Shown: positions 1 through 12,347, numbered from the stretch's first letter. The stretch: 64,000 nt of DNA from Octopus sinensis (GCF_006345805.1 NC_043006.1:53134001-53198000), one strand, 5' to 3'. Program-made: numbers and translations. The notes: generated by a model not told the origin, from the sequence alone.

Positions 1-35
<35 letters not shown>

Positions 36-45
36 GTGTGTGCGT
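1..45. repeat. (GT)n microsatellite
   Basis: Direct dinucleotide run. Confidence 0.95.
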
Positions 46-479
46 GTTTCCCACCACTGTTTGTTGGTTTCAGATGTCTCAACCACAAGGTGTTGGCTTC
101 AGATGTCTCATAATTTGGTGGTTCGGCATAGAGGACCGATTGAAAAAGTACTCTTTCTATCCGGTCAAGAAAACTCTTAGGCTTGTATTCACGTTTATGA
201 AAGTGGTGATGTCCTTTGCGATATTTGTTTGAAATTTCGAAATCTGAAAACTTCTGAAGTCCGAAATACTTTCGAATGAAGCAAGTACCCCCAAAATACA
301 AAATCTCAGAAAGCAATTCCATTATTAATGTAAATATGTAAAGGAAATGTTTCTTTTCTCATATCTGTGCCACAGATACGACAAAAGAAGCAATGTAAGC
401 ATTTTGAGTTCTATTATTGATGTGAATATGTTAAGGGAATGATTATATTCTTTATGTTTGAAGTCTATTCGGTCATCTG

Positions 480-760
480 ACGATAACGGTTTCTTTAAAA
501 TGATGTAATGAATTGACGCTTGTACATCTTCGTTACTCATATTTTATACACGTAACTTGGAATCTGCACTTCGGAAATACTGTCGAAAGAACCTTTATAG
601 AAAGTACATGCTTGAATTACTAAGAGCGGATATCTTCATTTAGCTTGGTTGCGTTGTCTGCCCACACGGCAGGAATATCAGTACAAAAACACCTTTTCAC
701 GGTGTCTTGATATTCAATATTCAATTAATATTGTTTGGGAGTGTGGATTATACCAACCTA
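480..760 (-). pseudogene. Possible degraded hAT transposase C-terminal (dimerisation) remnant
   Basis: Minus frame reads SMYFL*RFFRQYFRSADSKLRV*NMSNEDVQASI, loosely matching the hAT motif S..CER.FS......S..R..MS.E.L; contains stops. Confidence 0.3.
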
Positions 761-807
761 GCCAGGTGCCTCAAATAAAGTACCTAATGATCAGACCTCG
801 TATGCAT

Positions 808-808
808 G

Positions 809-891
<83 letters not shown>

Positions 892-910
892 CTATATATA
901 TATATATATA
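808..910. repeat. (TA)n(GT)n(TA)n compound microsatellite
   Basis: Direct. Confidence 0.95.
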
Positions 911-1070
911 TGCTTCACGTTTATTTTGGTGATTATGGATTTGTTGTAAATTACACAGTCGAGTCTTGCTGTAGTCGAGCTTTGGTAACGAATTATCCCT
1001 GCTATACGCGAACGATATTTCCTTCATTTCTTTAAAATTATAATTGTTATAACAATATGTATTCGTTCAT

Positions 1071-1450
1071 TAAGTCAGCGAGCTGGCAGAAACGTTAGCA
1101 CGCCGGGCGAAATGCGTAGCCGTATTTCGTCTGCCGTTACGTTCCGAGTTCAAATTCCGCCGAGGTCGACTTTGCCTTTCATTCTTTCGGGGTCGATTAA
1201 ATGAGTACCAGTTACGCACTGGGGTCGATATAATCGACTTAATCCGTTTGTCTGTCCTTGTTTGTCCTCTCTGCTTGTAGCCCCTTGTGGGCAGTAAAGA
1301 AATAGGTAGTTCGTCCGTCTTTACGTTCTTAGTTCAAATCCTACTGAAATCGATTTTGCCCTTCATCTTTCCGAGGTCGATAAAACACACCTATAAGTTG
1401 AGCCTGGGTTGACGTAATCAATTTACACCCTCCCACCAAAATTGCTCCTC
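1071..1450 (+). mobile_element. SINE family B composite (full copy with tail-2 followed by a 5'-truncated second copy)
   Basis: Head gcgagctggcagaaacgttagc (A-box-like), gagttcaaattcc (B-box-like); the same sequence recurs more than 15 times in the window. Confidence 0.85.
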
Positions 1451-1776
1451 AATAAGTATGACTTGTTAGGGTGGGAATTACTCTAAGAGTAAATGGTATA
1501 TTGACATTGATGACTATTGATCCAACATGAAGCTGTTTCACTCCAATGATGTCGCTATTGCCAATGAGAAAAGTAAGAGCAAAACCATTTAAAATAAATT
1601 TCCCACTTATAAAAAAAAAAAAAAATAGACAATGGAGATAAAAAGACTATAGAATGAATAAATAAATAATTGTGATTATTATGGAAATATATCGAGATAA
1701 TTAGTTTCCTTCATTTTGTTCACATTATCATTTTGTTTACTTTATTTATATATTAATTAATTAATTTTAGTTATAG

Positions 1777-1828
1777 CTTGATGAGATTTGAAGTCAGACG
1801 ACAAAGGGACGTAAATGCGTACCAGAAG
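1777..1828 (+). CDS. Candidate small coding exon (LMRFEVRRQRDVNAYQK), unassigned
   Basis: Acceptor ttaattttagttatag|C, donor AAG|gtatgt, open frame in non-repeat sequence; no partner exon identified. Confidence 0.3.
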
Positions 1829-2067
1829 GTATGTTATCCCACCACTTTACTAACCCTTTCAAAAACAATATAAAACACATAGTTAACAGAGTCGACTGGA
1901 TCGATCTCAAACACTACTACTATCACCACCACCATCACCATTATACAAACAAGTAAAAAGAAACTGGCCTTGTGCCTAGTTGTTTAACTTTGCTTAACAA
2001 CCACTACAGGCAGCGGTAATAGCATCAGTTTGTGCTGAAAAAATAAGCCAAAATAAAACAAAATATA

Positions 2068-2665
2068 ACCTCCTCCTTCTCCCCCTCTTCCTTTTCTTCC
2101 TCCTATTTCTCCTCCTATTCCTCCTCTTCTTCCTCCTATTCCCCCTCCTCTTCCCCTTTCCCCTCATCATCGACTCTCTTCTCTTCCTCTTCCACCTTCT
2201 CCACCTTCACCTCCACTTCTTCCTCCCCCTCTTTCTCTTTCCCCTCATCATCCACTTTCTTCTCTTCCTCTTCCACCTTCTCCACCTTCACCTCCACTTC
2301 TTCCTCCTCCTACTCCTCCTCCTCTTCCTCTTTCCCCTAATCCTCCTCTTCCACCTTCTCCATCTTCATCGCCTCCTCTTCTTCTCCTCCTCCTCTTCTT
2401 CTTTCCCCTCCTCTTCTTCCTCCTCCTCCTCTTCTTCTTTCCCCTCCTCTTCTTCCTCTCCTCCTCTTCTTCTTTCCCCTCCTCCTCTTCCTCTCCTCCT
2501 CTTCTTCTTTCCCCTCCTCCTCCACTTTCTTTTCCTCCTCTTCTACCTCCTCCTCCACCACCACCACCACCACCATCACCACTACCAACACCATCTCCTC
2601 CTCCTCCACCACTTTCCCAGCCACCACCACCACCTCCGCCGCCGTCGCCGCCGTCGCCGCCGAAA
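2068..2665. repeat. Polypyrimidine/polypurine (CCT/CTT) tract ending in (CCA)n/(GCC)n
   Basis: About 600 bp almost entirely C/T on the + strand, with an internal duplication of roughly 80 bp (starts near 2158 and 2240). Confidence 0.9.
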
Positions 2666-2961
2666 ACAAATTCACCTCTCAAGAACTATTAAAAATTTAA
2701 CAGCCGCTGGTTGGTGGTTGTGTGAGGCAAGGAAAGAAACCAGCGAAGCATGATCAACTACCATCCATGACGATGAGTAGGAAAACAGAAAAGGGAACGA
2801 TAAGAGAAATAAATTAAAAATGAAAGCAACAAATGGATACCAAGAAAAATGTTGTTCTCTCGTTTTAAGTAGTAAAAAAAAAGGGGACAAAACTGGAAAA
2901 AGGAGAGAATAGAAGTGATTCATTTATTTCATTAACTTTATATATATATATGGATTCTTTT

Positions 2962-3056
2962 TGTTTCTTTTACTCGTTTCAGTCATTTGACTACGGACAT
3001 GCTGGAGCACAGCCTTTATTCGAACAAATCGATCCCAGTACTTATTCTTTGTAAGG
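2962..3056 (-). mobile_element. SINE family A 3' tail fragment
   Basis: Reverse complement of the ...gctccagcatg...caaatgactgaaac tail. Confidence 0.8.
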
Positions 3057-3099
3057 TTGTCAAGTGATGGTGGTTGTGGTGTTGGTAGTTAGCAAACGC

Positions 3100-3218
3100 A
3101 GACATACATACATACATACATACATACATACATACATACATACATACATACATACATACTACATACATACATACATACATACATAATACATACATACATA
3201 CATACATACATACATACA

Positions 3219-3271
<53 letters not shown>

Positions 3272-3308
3272 ATATATTATATATATATATATATTATATA
3301 TATATATA
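3100..3308. repeat. (CATA)n + (TA)n microsatellite
   Basis: Direct. Confidence 0.95.
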
Positions 3309-3309
3309 C

Positions 3310-3640
3310 GGCGGTTTCTTTCAGTTTCCGTCTGCCAAATCCACTCACAAGGCTTTGGTCGGCCCGAGGCTTTAGTAGAAGACACTTGCCCAAGGTGCCA
3401 CGCAATGGGATTGAACCCAGAACCATATGGTTCGTAAGAAAGCTCGGAAACTGAAAGAAACCTGTCCTATGTAGGACAGGCTTCTTTCGGTTTCTGTCTA
3501 CTAAATCCACTCACAAGGCCTTGGTCGGCCCGAGCCTATAATAGAAGACACTTGCTCAAGGTGCCACGCAGTGGGATAGAACCCGGAACCATGTGGTTGG
3601 TGTGCAAGCAACTTACCACACAGCCACTCCTGCGCCTATT
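3310..3640 (-). mobile_element. Two tandem SINE family A head/CORE fragments separated by a short foldback
   Basis: Two copies of gaagacacttgc(c/t)caaggtgccacgc; inverted repeat at 3447-3494. Confidence 0.85.
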
Positions 3641-3916
3641 ATACAGATTATATACAGATCATATTGATAACTACTACTTTACCATAAGAGGAGTAGGTGT
3701 AGTGTGTAGTTTTATATGTGTGTGTGTGTGGAGAAGACCAGTGGCAACGAGATTCATGCCCGCATATTGATGCTTAGCCAGAAATCAATCCTTCTCTGGC
3801 AGCAAACATATGATGTCGATATTTTGTTACGTTTAATCGTATAATCGTATGTGCGTATGTGCGTATGTGTATGCGCACGCGTGCACAGACACACATACAT
3901 ACACACACACAGTCAG

Positions 3917-3977
<61 letters not shown>

Positions 3978-4127
3978 GAAAACAGGCAGTTAGATGGATA
4001 AAGAATACTGAAGTAACTGAAACAATGTTTAGCCGTTAACGGCTCATTCACAAATGATTGGACAGGCCATTACAGCCAATCTTGAAGATTCTGTCAACTC
4101 AAAAGTTAAAATAAATTTTATTCAGTT

Positions 4128-4540
4128 ATAGGCGCAGGTGCGGCTGTGTGGTAAGTAGCTTGCTTACCGACCACATGAATCCTGGCTCAGTCCCACTGCG
4201 TGGCACCTTGAGCAAGTGTCTTCTACTATAGCCTCGGGACAACCAAAGCCTTGTGAGTGGATTTGGTTGACAGAAACTGAAAGAAGCCCGTCGTATATAT
4301 GTATATACGTATGTACGTGTGTGTATGTGTTTGTGTGTCTGTGGTTGTCACTCCAACATCGCTTGACAACCGATAATGGTGTGTTTACGTCCCAGTCACT
4401 TAGCGATTCGGCAAAAGAGACCGGTAGAATAAGTACTAGGCTTACAAAGAATAATTCCTGGGGTTGATTTGCTCGATTAAAGGCGGTGCTCCAGCATGGC
4501 CGCAGTCAAATGACTGAAACAAGTAAAAGAGTAAAGAGAG
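4128..4540 (+). mobile_element. SINE family A, full length (tRNA head + CORE-like domain + internal microsatellite + tail)
   Basis: Head ataggcgcagg..ggctgtgtggtaagtagc; gtggcaccttgagcaagtg resembles the MIR/CORE domain gtgaccttgggcaagt; tail ...gactgaaacaagtaaaagag. Confidence 0.9.
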
Positions 4541-5029
4541 AGTAAGTATATAGACTCCCACTATCTGTTAATGTTTTGAGAGAGAAGGAGAGAGAGAGAG
4601 TGAAAGAGAGAGAGGGAGAGGGAGAGAGAGAGAGAGGGAGAGAGAGTGCATGAAACTTCGTGCCTATGCGTTTTCAGCGTGTCAGTGCTTACACAAATAC
4701 TTGTTTTTAACATAAGCTCATAGCAAAAATTTGTGTGGGAGGAAATCAATCGATGTCATCGATCCCAGTTCTCGGCTGGTACTTTATTTTATCATTCCTG
4801 AAAGGATGAAAGCTGAAGTTCACCTGGCGAGATTTGAACTCAGAACGTAAGGAGTTGATTTTTATACGCTCAAATAATTCTGCCATTAGAGTACCTTTGC
4901 ACTTACACAAATTGTAACATGGAAAGGAATAAAAAAATGAACAATTTCTTCTATATATGAAGAAATGTCTATGTTTACCAAGGAATTTTATTCATTATAC
5001 ACGCATAGCGCACCAGGAAGTACGAATAT

Positions 5030-5690
5030 TAATATTGATTTCAAATTTTGGCACAAGGTCAGCAATTTCGGGGAAGGGATAAGTCGATTAATCGACGCCA
5101 GTACTCAACTGGTATATATTTTATCGACCCCCAAGGGATGAAAGGCGAAGTCGACCTTGGTAAAATTAGAACTCAAAACGTGAAGACGGACGAAATACCT
5201 CTAAACATTTCCCCCGGCGTGCTAACGATTCTTATTTCTTTATTGCCCACAAGGGGCTAAACAGAGAGGGAACAAACAAGGACAGACAAAGGGATTAAGT
5301 CGATAACATCGACACCAGTGCGTAACTGGTACTTAATTTATCGATTCCGAAGGGATGAAAGTCGACCTTGGCAGAATCTGAACTCAAAACGTGAAGACGG
5401 ACGAGATACCTCTAAACATTTCGTCCGGCGTGCTAACGATTCTGCCAGCTCGCCGTCTTAGTATATTATTGGTTTCAAATTTTAGCATAAGGCCAGCAAT
5501 TGCCGGGGGGGGGGGAGTCGATTGAATCGACTCCAGTACTTATTTTACTAACTCCTAAAGTATGAAAGACAAAGCTGACTTCGGTGGAATTTGAAATCAA
5601 AATGTAAGGCCGGACGAAATGCCGCCAAGCATTTTTCCCGGCGTGCTTAACGATTCTATCAGCTCGCCGTCTTCTTCCTTAGTACAAATA
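5030..5690 (-). mobile_element. Cluster of about three SINE family B copies
   Basis: Repeated reverse complements of the B head and body. Confidence 0.85.
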
Positions 5691-5711
5691 TTAATATTGA
5701 TTTCAAACTTT

Positions 5712-5925
5712 AGGGAGGCGAGCTAGCTGAATCATTACCGCACTGGGAAAAATGCTTAGCAGCATTTCGTCCGCCTTTACGTTCTGAGTTCAAATGCCGC
5801 CGGGATCTAATTTGCCTTTTATACTTTCGAGGTCAATTAAATAAGTACCAGTTGAACACTGGTGTCGATATAATTAACTTATCTCCTCCTCCGGAATTCC
5901 TGGCCTTGAGTCAAAAATTGAAACT
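5712..5925 (+). mobile_element. SINE family B
   Basis: ggaggcgagctagctgaatc...gagttcaaatgccgcc... Confidence 0.8.
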
Positions 5926-6257
5926 GATATTAACGATCGTAATTTCGAGTGTATTTTGTGCTTATTTCATAGCATCTATATCAAATTACAACATTTCAAC
6001 TCTACTCTAGACTATTGAGTACTTTCTATCTATTAAATAAAGACAAGCCGGGTGATGTAGGGAGAAAATATATGTAAATATGGACTGTGTGGGAATAATA
6101 TAATCTCACATAATCTAAAATCATATGTGCATATACATATGAGTAGATGTATGTATATATACGTATATGCATATTTACATAACTAAATATATATACTCTC
6201 ACACCCATATCCCGCTGGATATAAATTGTGTATTATTTGGAAACATACGTTTTAAAT

Positions 6258-6370
6258 TTTAGATTTCACACCGTGTGACTAATGGCATTAATACTGCGGA
6301 TCACAGAGATTCTATCTCTTTATTTTGCCTGATGAAGGGTACATTTCCCGAAACAAAATGTTAGATAGAA
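6258..6370 (+). mobile_element. Penelope-like 3' remnant with hammerhead-like core
   Basis: FRFHTV*-NGIN resembles the PLE C-terminal L.TL.P.G(L/I)N motif, followed by CTGATGA-AGGG-tacattt-CCC-GAAAC at 6329-6354. Confidence 0.5.
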
Positions 6371-6839
6371 AACTGGTAAAAAGGTAAGATCATGTATAAC
6401 TCTTTTATATTGTGCTTCCGTTTATTCTATAACTCAATAAGGTAGCCCAAGTATTTCGTATAAACGACTTGTGGGAGAGCAGGAGGAAGGTATCCTCAAA
6501 CCGGATACTTGACCCGAATGCTTGCAAAAGAATGACCTCCGCTAAAGAATTCCAAGTACTAGTAAGTGGTATTAAACCGGGCGATAAATTCAATATACCA
6601 CTCAGTTAGGCCATGGCGGGATTTGAACACAGAACATAAACAGCTTCAATATATAGTGTAAGTCATCTGGTCTACTGGCCTGGGTAGGTAACTTTTTTCA
6701 TCCAAAAGGATGAAAGGTAAAGTTGATATCGGTGGAATTTTAACCCAAGACGCCGAGAGTCGGAGCAAATATCACGTGACATTCAGGAAATCCGACGCTC
6801 TAACGACTTTATCAATGCACATGCATTTATATAATAATG

Positions 6840-7400
6840 TAAGGCCTCCGTTACTCAGGATCGCCCCTGCATCTGTATCTGGAAAGTCCTTCTCTAACGT
6901 TGTCTCAGGAATTTTCTTTTTTTCCGTGGAAGACGAGTAGTTTTCTGAACAGCAGATCTCTTTCCATGCTATAGGCTGAATAGCTTAATAATAGTGTCGT
7001 ACTCAGAATATAAAAAGCTAACAAGTACACATTCATGGTGATTGCTCAATCTTCACAGATGATTGCTTTCTCCTCCTTATGCTTCCTCGTTATCTATAGA
7101 ATTTCTGACTTCCCGTCTATTACCTCTCAGATAACTGTTCTGTCCCGTTGCAAATCTGCATAATTTGGGACATAGTGACAGGCCAAAGTCATAGGTCACT
7201 GCGCACTTCCAACTAGTTAAGTCTGCACACGTCATCACTTTTCCATTATCATAGGACTTTCAATAGTTGAAATGATGAATAAGGTCACCGTAAAGAGACA
7301 TCTGTGCATCATTTGATTGTTACGATAATCGCTTGTACAACACGAATATACTTGTGCCAATTTCATTTCATTCGCAGGTGCCATGAATGTAGTTGCCTGT
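6840..7400 (-). pseudogene. Highly degraded RTE-like RT/thumb remnant
   Basis: Minus frames give QVYSCCTS...CLFTVTLFIISTIE and, further 3', ..LFSL*HGKRSAVQKTTRL.., weakly matching RTE motifs. Confidence 0.35.
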
Positions 7401-7787
7401 GGACATTGCATGATATTCACTCAGTATGCTTCCACAGTCTATATTTTAGCTCTGTTTCTTTAACTGTTTGTTTTAGCTCCATCTCTACTTATCTTACGGA
7501 TTTTCCACTTTCGTTGATTTCACTCTTCATTTTCATTTTATAAATATCCAGCAACATTACACAACTTATGAATTTGTGTGTGTGTGTGTTGTGTGTGTGT
7601 GTGTTTGTATACACAGAGACAGCAAAGGACTCGGATCTTCTCTGTTAGGTCCACACTTTTCAATTCCTTTAATTTTGTTCCAATTGATTTTAAATTTAGT
7701 GTATTGATGTAGTTTTGTATGCTAATGAAATTTATCTTGTCATAAGCTAATAAATAAAAATTAATAAAAAAATAAATAAAAATTAAT

Positions 7788-8190
7788 GTAGGCGTAGGAG
7801 TGGTGGTGTGGTAAGTAGCTTGCTTACCAACCACATGGTTCCGGGTTCTCAGTCACCACTGCGTGGCACCTGGGGCAAGCAGTGTCTTTCCATATATAGC
7901 CTCGGCCGACCAAAGCCTTGTGAGTGGATTTGGTAGAGGTAACTGAAAGAACCTGTCGTATAATATCTATATATACGCTATATATATGTGTGTTTTGTGT
8001 TTTTTGCTTGTCCTCCCCAACATCGCTTGACAACTGGTGTGTTTAGGTCCCCGTAACTTAGCGGTTCGGCAAAAGGACCGATAGAATAATACAGTTCTTA
8101 AACATACGAAATAAGTCCTGGGGTCGATTTGCTCGACTAAAGGCGGTACTCCAGCATGTCCGCAGTGAAATGACTGAAACAAGTAAAAGA
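7788..8190 (+). mobile_element. SINE family A, full length
   Basis: Colinear with 4128-4540. Confidence 0.9.
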
Positions 8191-9179
8191 GCATTTAAAG
8201 TTTGCAGGTTTTGGGTAATTTTAGCCAATTGTAAGCCACAGACACATTCATGCCTGTTTCCATAGTAACAAACCAAGGTATAGTCAAGCCTTAATAGACT
8301 ATACCTTGTTGATCGTTGAGATAGACGAAATAGTCTTCTTAAGTCGAAAATACAATCAAGGATGGGTGCTACCTGAGTAGTGGGTTTTCGGAGGAGTGAC
8401 GTTCCGAGACCAGACTTCTGAGTTTATGTGTACCACGAACGGGTACTGTATGGGGGGTGTACAATGTTTATAGTTCTGAGTCACCAGTCATATGTTGCTA
8501 CGGTAATACAAACACTGTACACAGGCCTAGTATCACCATCTCCCGATTATCCTATGCTGTAATTGGTGATCACCTCAAACCACTCATTTCACCCCATGCA
8601 ACTGATCAATGGTCACCAGGCTTACTCCAATGTTGCAATTCTGTCTCTGTACCATCCAATATTCAATGGGATACACATAATTGGTATGGGGTATTATGAG
8701 CTGATGAGAAAGGCAAGTTGATGCTATTACATTGATGAAAGATGCATTATTGGATGTGAACTGTGGTAAATAAGAGAAAGTTAGTGTGTCTTCAACCAAC
8801 AAGCGGCATAGTTCCAATTTCATTCCAGTCCCACTGCATGGCAATCTTGGTCAAGTGTCTTCTGCTATAGCCTCAGGTCAACCCAGTCTTGTGAGTAGAT
8901 TTGGCAGACGGGAAAAAGACCGTTGTGTGTGTGGTTGTGTGTGGAGGGTGTGTGTGAGGGTGTGTGTGAGGGTGTGTGTGAGGGTGGCTGGTAACCAATC
9001 CTGTTGGTTTACTTCGACTGCCTCCATGCATTGCTTGATGCAGCATCCAGGTCTGAGTCTGAGCAAAGTCATGTAGTGGTGTTTATCCTGTTCTTTTGTG
9101 ACATCTCTTGGTGTATAACATATTCACTATACTGCTGTCAACCATCCAAATCATGTCAGCACGGAAACTGATGTTAAGT

Positions 9180-9370
9180 GGTGATGATGATGACGATGAC
9201 GACGACGGTGGTGGTGGTGGTGGTGGTGATGAGGATGATGTTGGTGATGGTGATGATGATGACGACAAAGATGAGGACGATGATGATGATAATGATGGTG
9301 GTGTGTGGTGGTGGTGGTGATGATGGTGTGGTGGTGGTGGTGGTGGTGATGATGATGATGAGGAGGAGGA
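9180..9370. repeat. (GAT)n/(GGT)n compound trinucleotide repeat
   Basis: Direct. Confidence 0.9.
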
Positions 9371-9637
9371 ATATAATACCGTATATTTTAACAGAGTCTG
9401 ATACACAATTGAGTAGAAATAAAACGTGTGTGTAATTATCTATACTATGGTCATATGTATGCAATTAATTCCGTATACTTGCACATAATTATGTAGGTTT
9501 ATAGTGTGTACGTGCAGTGCATGCGTGCAGTTTATCGGTGCATACATGATGATTATGACATAACTATTTCACAAACAACATAATTATACATTTAATGTAA
9601 TTGTGTAATTTAATATGGTTATATATCTAACATGTGA

Positions 9638-9900
9638 ACGGTGCAATGCCTAGTGGTTAGGACATTCAGCTCATGACTGTAAAGTTCTGAGTTCGATTCC
9701 TGGCAGTGTTGTACTCTTGATCAAGTTATTTTTTTATTTTCACATTGCTCCAGTCCACTCAGCTGGCAAAAATCATTTTTGTTCCTGTGATTCAAAGGGT
9801 CGGTCTTGTCACACTCTGTGTTATGCTGAATCTCCCTGAGAATTACATTAAGGTATGCATGTATGTGGAATACTCAGCCACCTGTACATATAATTTCATG
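9638..9900 (+). mobile_element. SINE family C, degenerate
   Basis: tRNA-like head gcctagtggttagg...gagttcgattcc, then ttgctccagtccactcagctggcaaaaa shared with 38941-39210. Confidence 0.7.
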
Positions 9901-10012
9901 AGGAGGCTGTTCCATCAATTGTATCAACTGGAAGACTCATTGTTTGTAACCAATGGGGGCCTGTTTTGTTTCGTTCTTTGTGGGTTTTTTTATCGAACAT
10001 GGTGTCGTAGAT

Positions 10013-10200
10013 CAGTGGTTCTCAAACTTTTTTGGGCTTGCTGCCCTCTTGACACCCAGACCACACTCCTAGCTCCCCACATCACAAACCATCACAACAT
10101 AGACCTCTTTCTGAAGTAAATTCAAAGCAACTGTATTTCACAAATAAAACTTAACCTACTGAACCCATTATTTTGTTGTTTTTACATGAATCACTACCCC
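10013..10200 (+). mobile_element. hAT/Charlie-like terminal fragment
   Basis: CAGTGGTTCTCAAACTTTTTTGG is a typical Charlie-type TIR start; the partner TIR was not found. Confidence 0.5.
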
Positions 10201-10221
10201 ATTATTGCCCCACTTTTTACT

Positions 10222-10960
10222 ACCCCCTGACTCCGATGCCAGTACCTCCTGACCTGATTCCAGTACCCCCTGACTCCAATGCCAGTATCCCCTGACCTGA
10301 TGCCAGTATCCCCTGACCTGATTCCAGTACCCCCTGACTCCGATGCCAGTATCCCCTGACCTGATGCCAGTACCCCCTGACTCCGATGCCAGTATCCCCT
10401 GACCTGATGCCAGTACCCCCTGACTCCGATGCCAGTATCCCCTGACCTGATGCCAGTACCCCCTGACTCCGATGCCAGTATCCCCTGACCTGATGCCAGT
10501 ACCCCCTGACTCCAATGCCAGTATCCCCTGACCTGATTCCAGTACCCCCTGACTCCGATGCCAGTATCCCCTGACCTGATGCCAGTATCCCCTGACCTGA
10601 TGCCAGTACCCCCTGACTCCGATGCCAGTATCCCCTGACCTGATTCCAGTACCCCCTGACTCCGATGCCAGTATCCCCTGACCTGATGCCAGTACCCCCT
10701 GACTCCAATGCCAGTATCCCCTGACCTGATTCCAGTACCCCCTGACTCCGATGCCAGTATCCCCTGACCTGATTCCAGTACACCCTGACTCCGATGCCAG
10801 TATCCCGTGACCTGATGCCAGTACCCCCTGACTCCAATGCCAGTACCCACTGACCTGAGGCCAGTACCCCCTGACTCCGATGCCAGTACCCACTGACCTG
10901 ATGCCAGTACCCCCTGACTCCAATGCCAGTACCCACTGACCTGAGGCCAGTACCTCCTGA
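10222..10960. repeat. 43-bp two-subunit (22+21 bp) minisatellite
   Basis: Units ccccctgactccgatgccagta and tcccctgacctgatgccagta mostly alternate; period 43 (e.g. 10338 to 10381). Confidence 0.95.
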
Positions 10961-11070
10961 CTGGTCCCTGTGCCGGTGGCACTTAAAAAGCACTGTCCAA
11001 ACGTGATTTATGCCAGGCTCATCTGACTGTGGCACATAAAAAGCACCCACTACACTCTTGGAGTGATTGG
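10945..11070 (+). mobile_element. RTE LINE 3'UTR fragment
   Basis: cctgtgccggtggcacttaaaaagcac...aaaagcacccactacactc matches 26034-26302 and the UTR downstream of the RTE ORF at 42276-42850. Confidence 0.7.
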
Positions 11071-12266
11071 AGGGTTGGTAATGAAGGGGTTAATAGTGAT
11101 AGAAGCAATATTAATACCAAAGGGTAATATTTATCCCTGCTTAGAATATGATGTTGTGTTAGAATACAAAATACTGTGATATTTAGCATGAGAGAACCTC
11201 TCATATGGTCTTCTGGTGCATATAAGTACTATTGTTTATATCACTAGTGGGAGACAAAGGGCTATGAATGAAAGTACTTGCATAAGTGCCATGCAGTGGG
11301 TTTGAACTCAAAGCCATGTGGTTGGGAAGCAAACTTCTAAACCGCACAGCCATTCCTGCACCCATTATTGTAGTATGTGTAAATAGTGAAATTTCTTTTC
11401 CAGCTCCAAAGATGAGGTTAATAGCAAGAAAATTATAATCCTATGAAAATTTTCACAAAAAAAAAAAAATTAAAAAGAATCTTCAAAAAAATTTCAAATA
11501 AAACATTATAAAATCACACAAAACAAGCAAAAAGTAATTTTAAAATATGAAGTGGTAACATGTAAAAAAAAAAAAAAGAGAAACAGAATAAGAAATTTTC
11601 TAAATATTATTTAAAAATGATAATATTTTTTTTAAATAATGAAAATGTAAAAAGATATTTGAAATTAAAAAGTGCATTTAACAGAAAAATAATGTCAGAA
11701 AGAATGTTCTTGTGATGGAGATAGGTAAAAATGAAAAATGTGGAAAAAAAAATTATTTGTAGGTAGATGTAAGTAAAATATGTTGTTTAAAATATATACA
11801 ACAACAACAACAACAACAGTTGCAACAACAGCAACAAAATAAAAAAAAAAAAATGAAACATGACAAACGAAAACCAAGCAAGCTGCAGACATAGAATGAT
11901 GTATAAATATGTTTCTTTTTTATAATGTCTGATGTCACACCATCCCCCCCCCCGTTGGTTTCGCAACACACTGATAACAGCAAGAACTGGGATTAAACAG
12001 ATATTATTTCTTGATGGATATCTTTTCACCCCACCCCCCACACCCGACCCACATGCATACATACTCACACATGTGTGCACAGATGCACAGATGCACGTAT
12101 ACACACATTACAAGTTGTATGTCTGTGTGTGTATCCGGAAGAGAAGTACTCAAGACTTGTAATAAAGTTATTTATTCTTCTAAAACAATAATTCACTCCG
12201 TCACCACATGCGTGTTGCGCAAGTGTCTTTGTGTGCATATGTGTGTGTGTATACATATATACATAC

Positions 12267-12347
<81 letters not shown>

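Noticed and set aside
2248-2682. Gly/Glu/Arg-rich ORFs
   Set aside because: Products of the simple-repeat tract.
10222-10960. Possible CRISPR array
   Set aside because: Units are contiguous with no unique spacers, and the context is eukaryotic.
10168-11050. Three 250-276 aa repetitive ORFs
   Set aside because: All three minus frames are open because of the repeat unit; no unique coding flanks or splice support.
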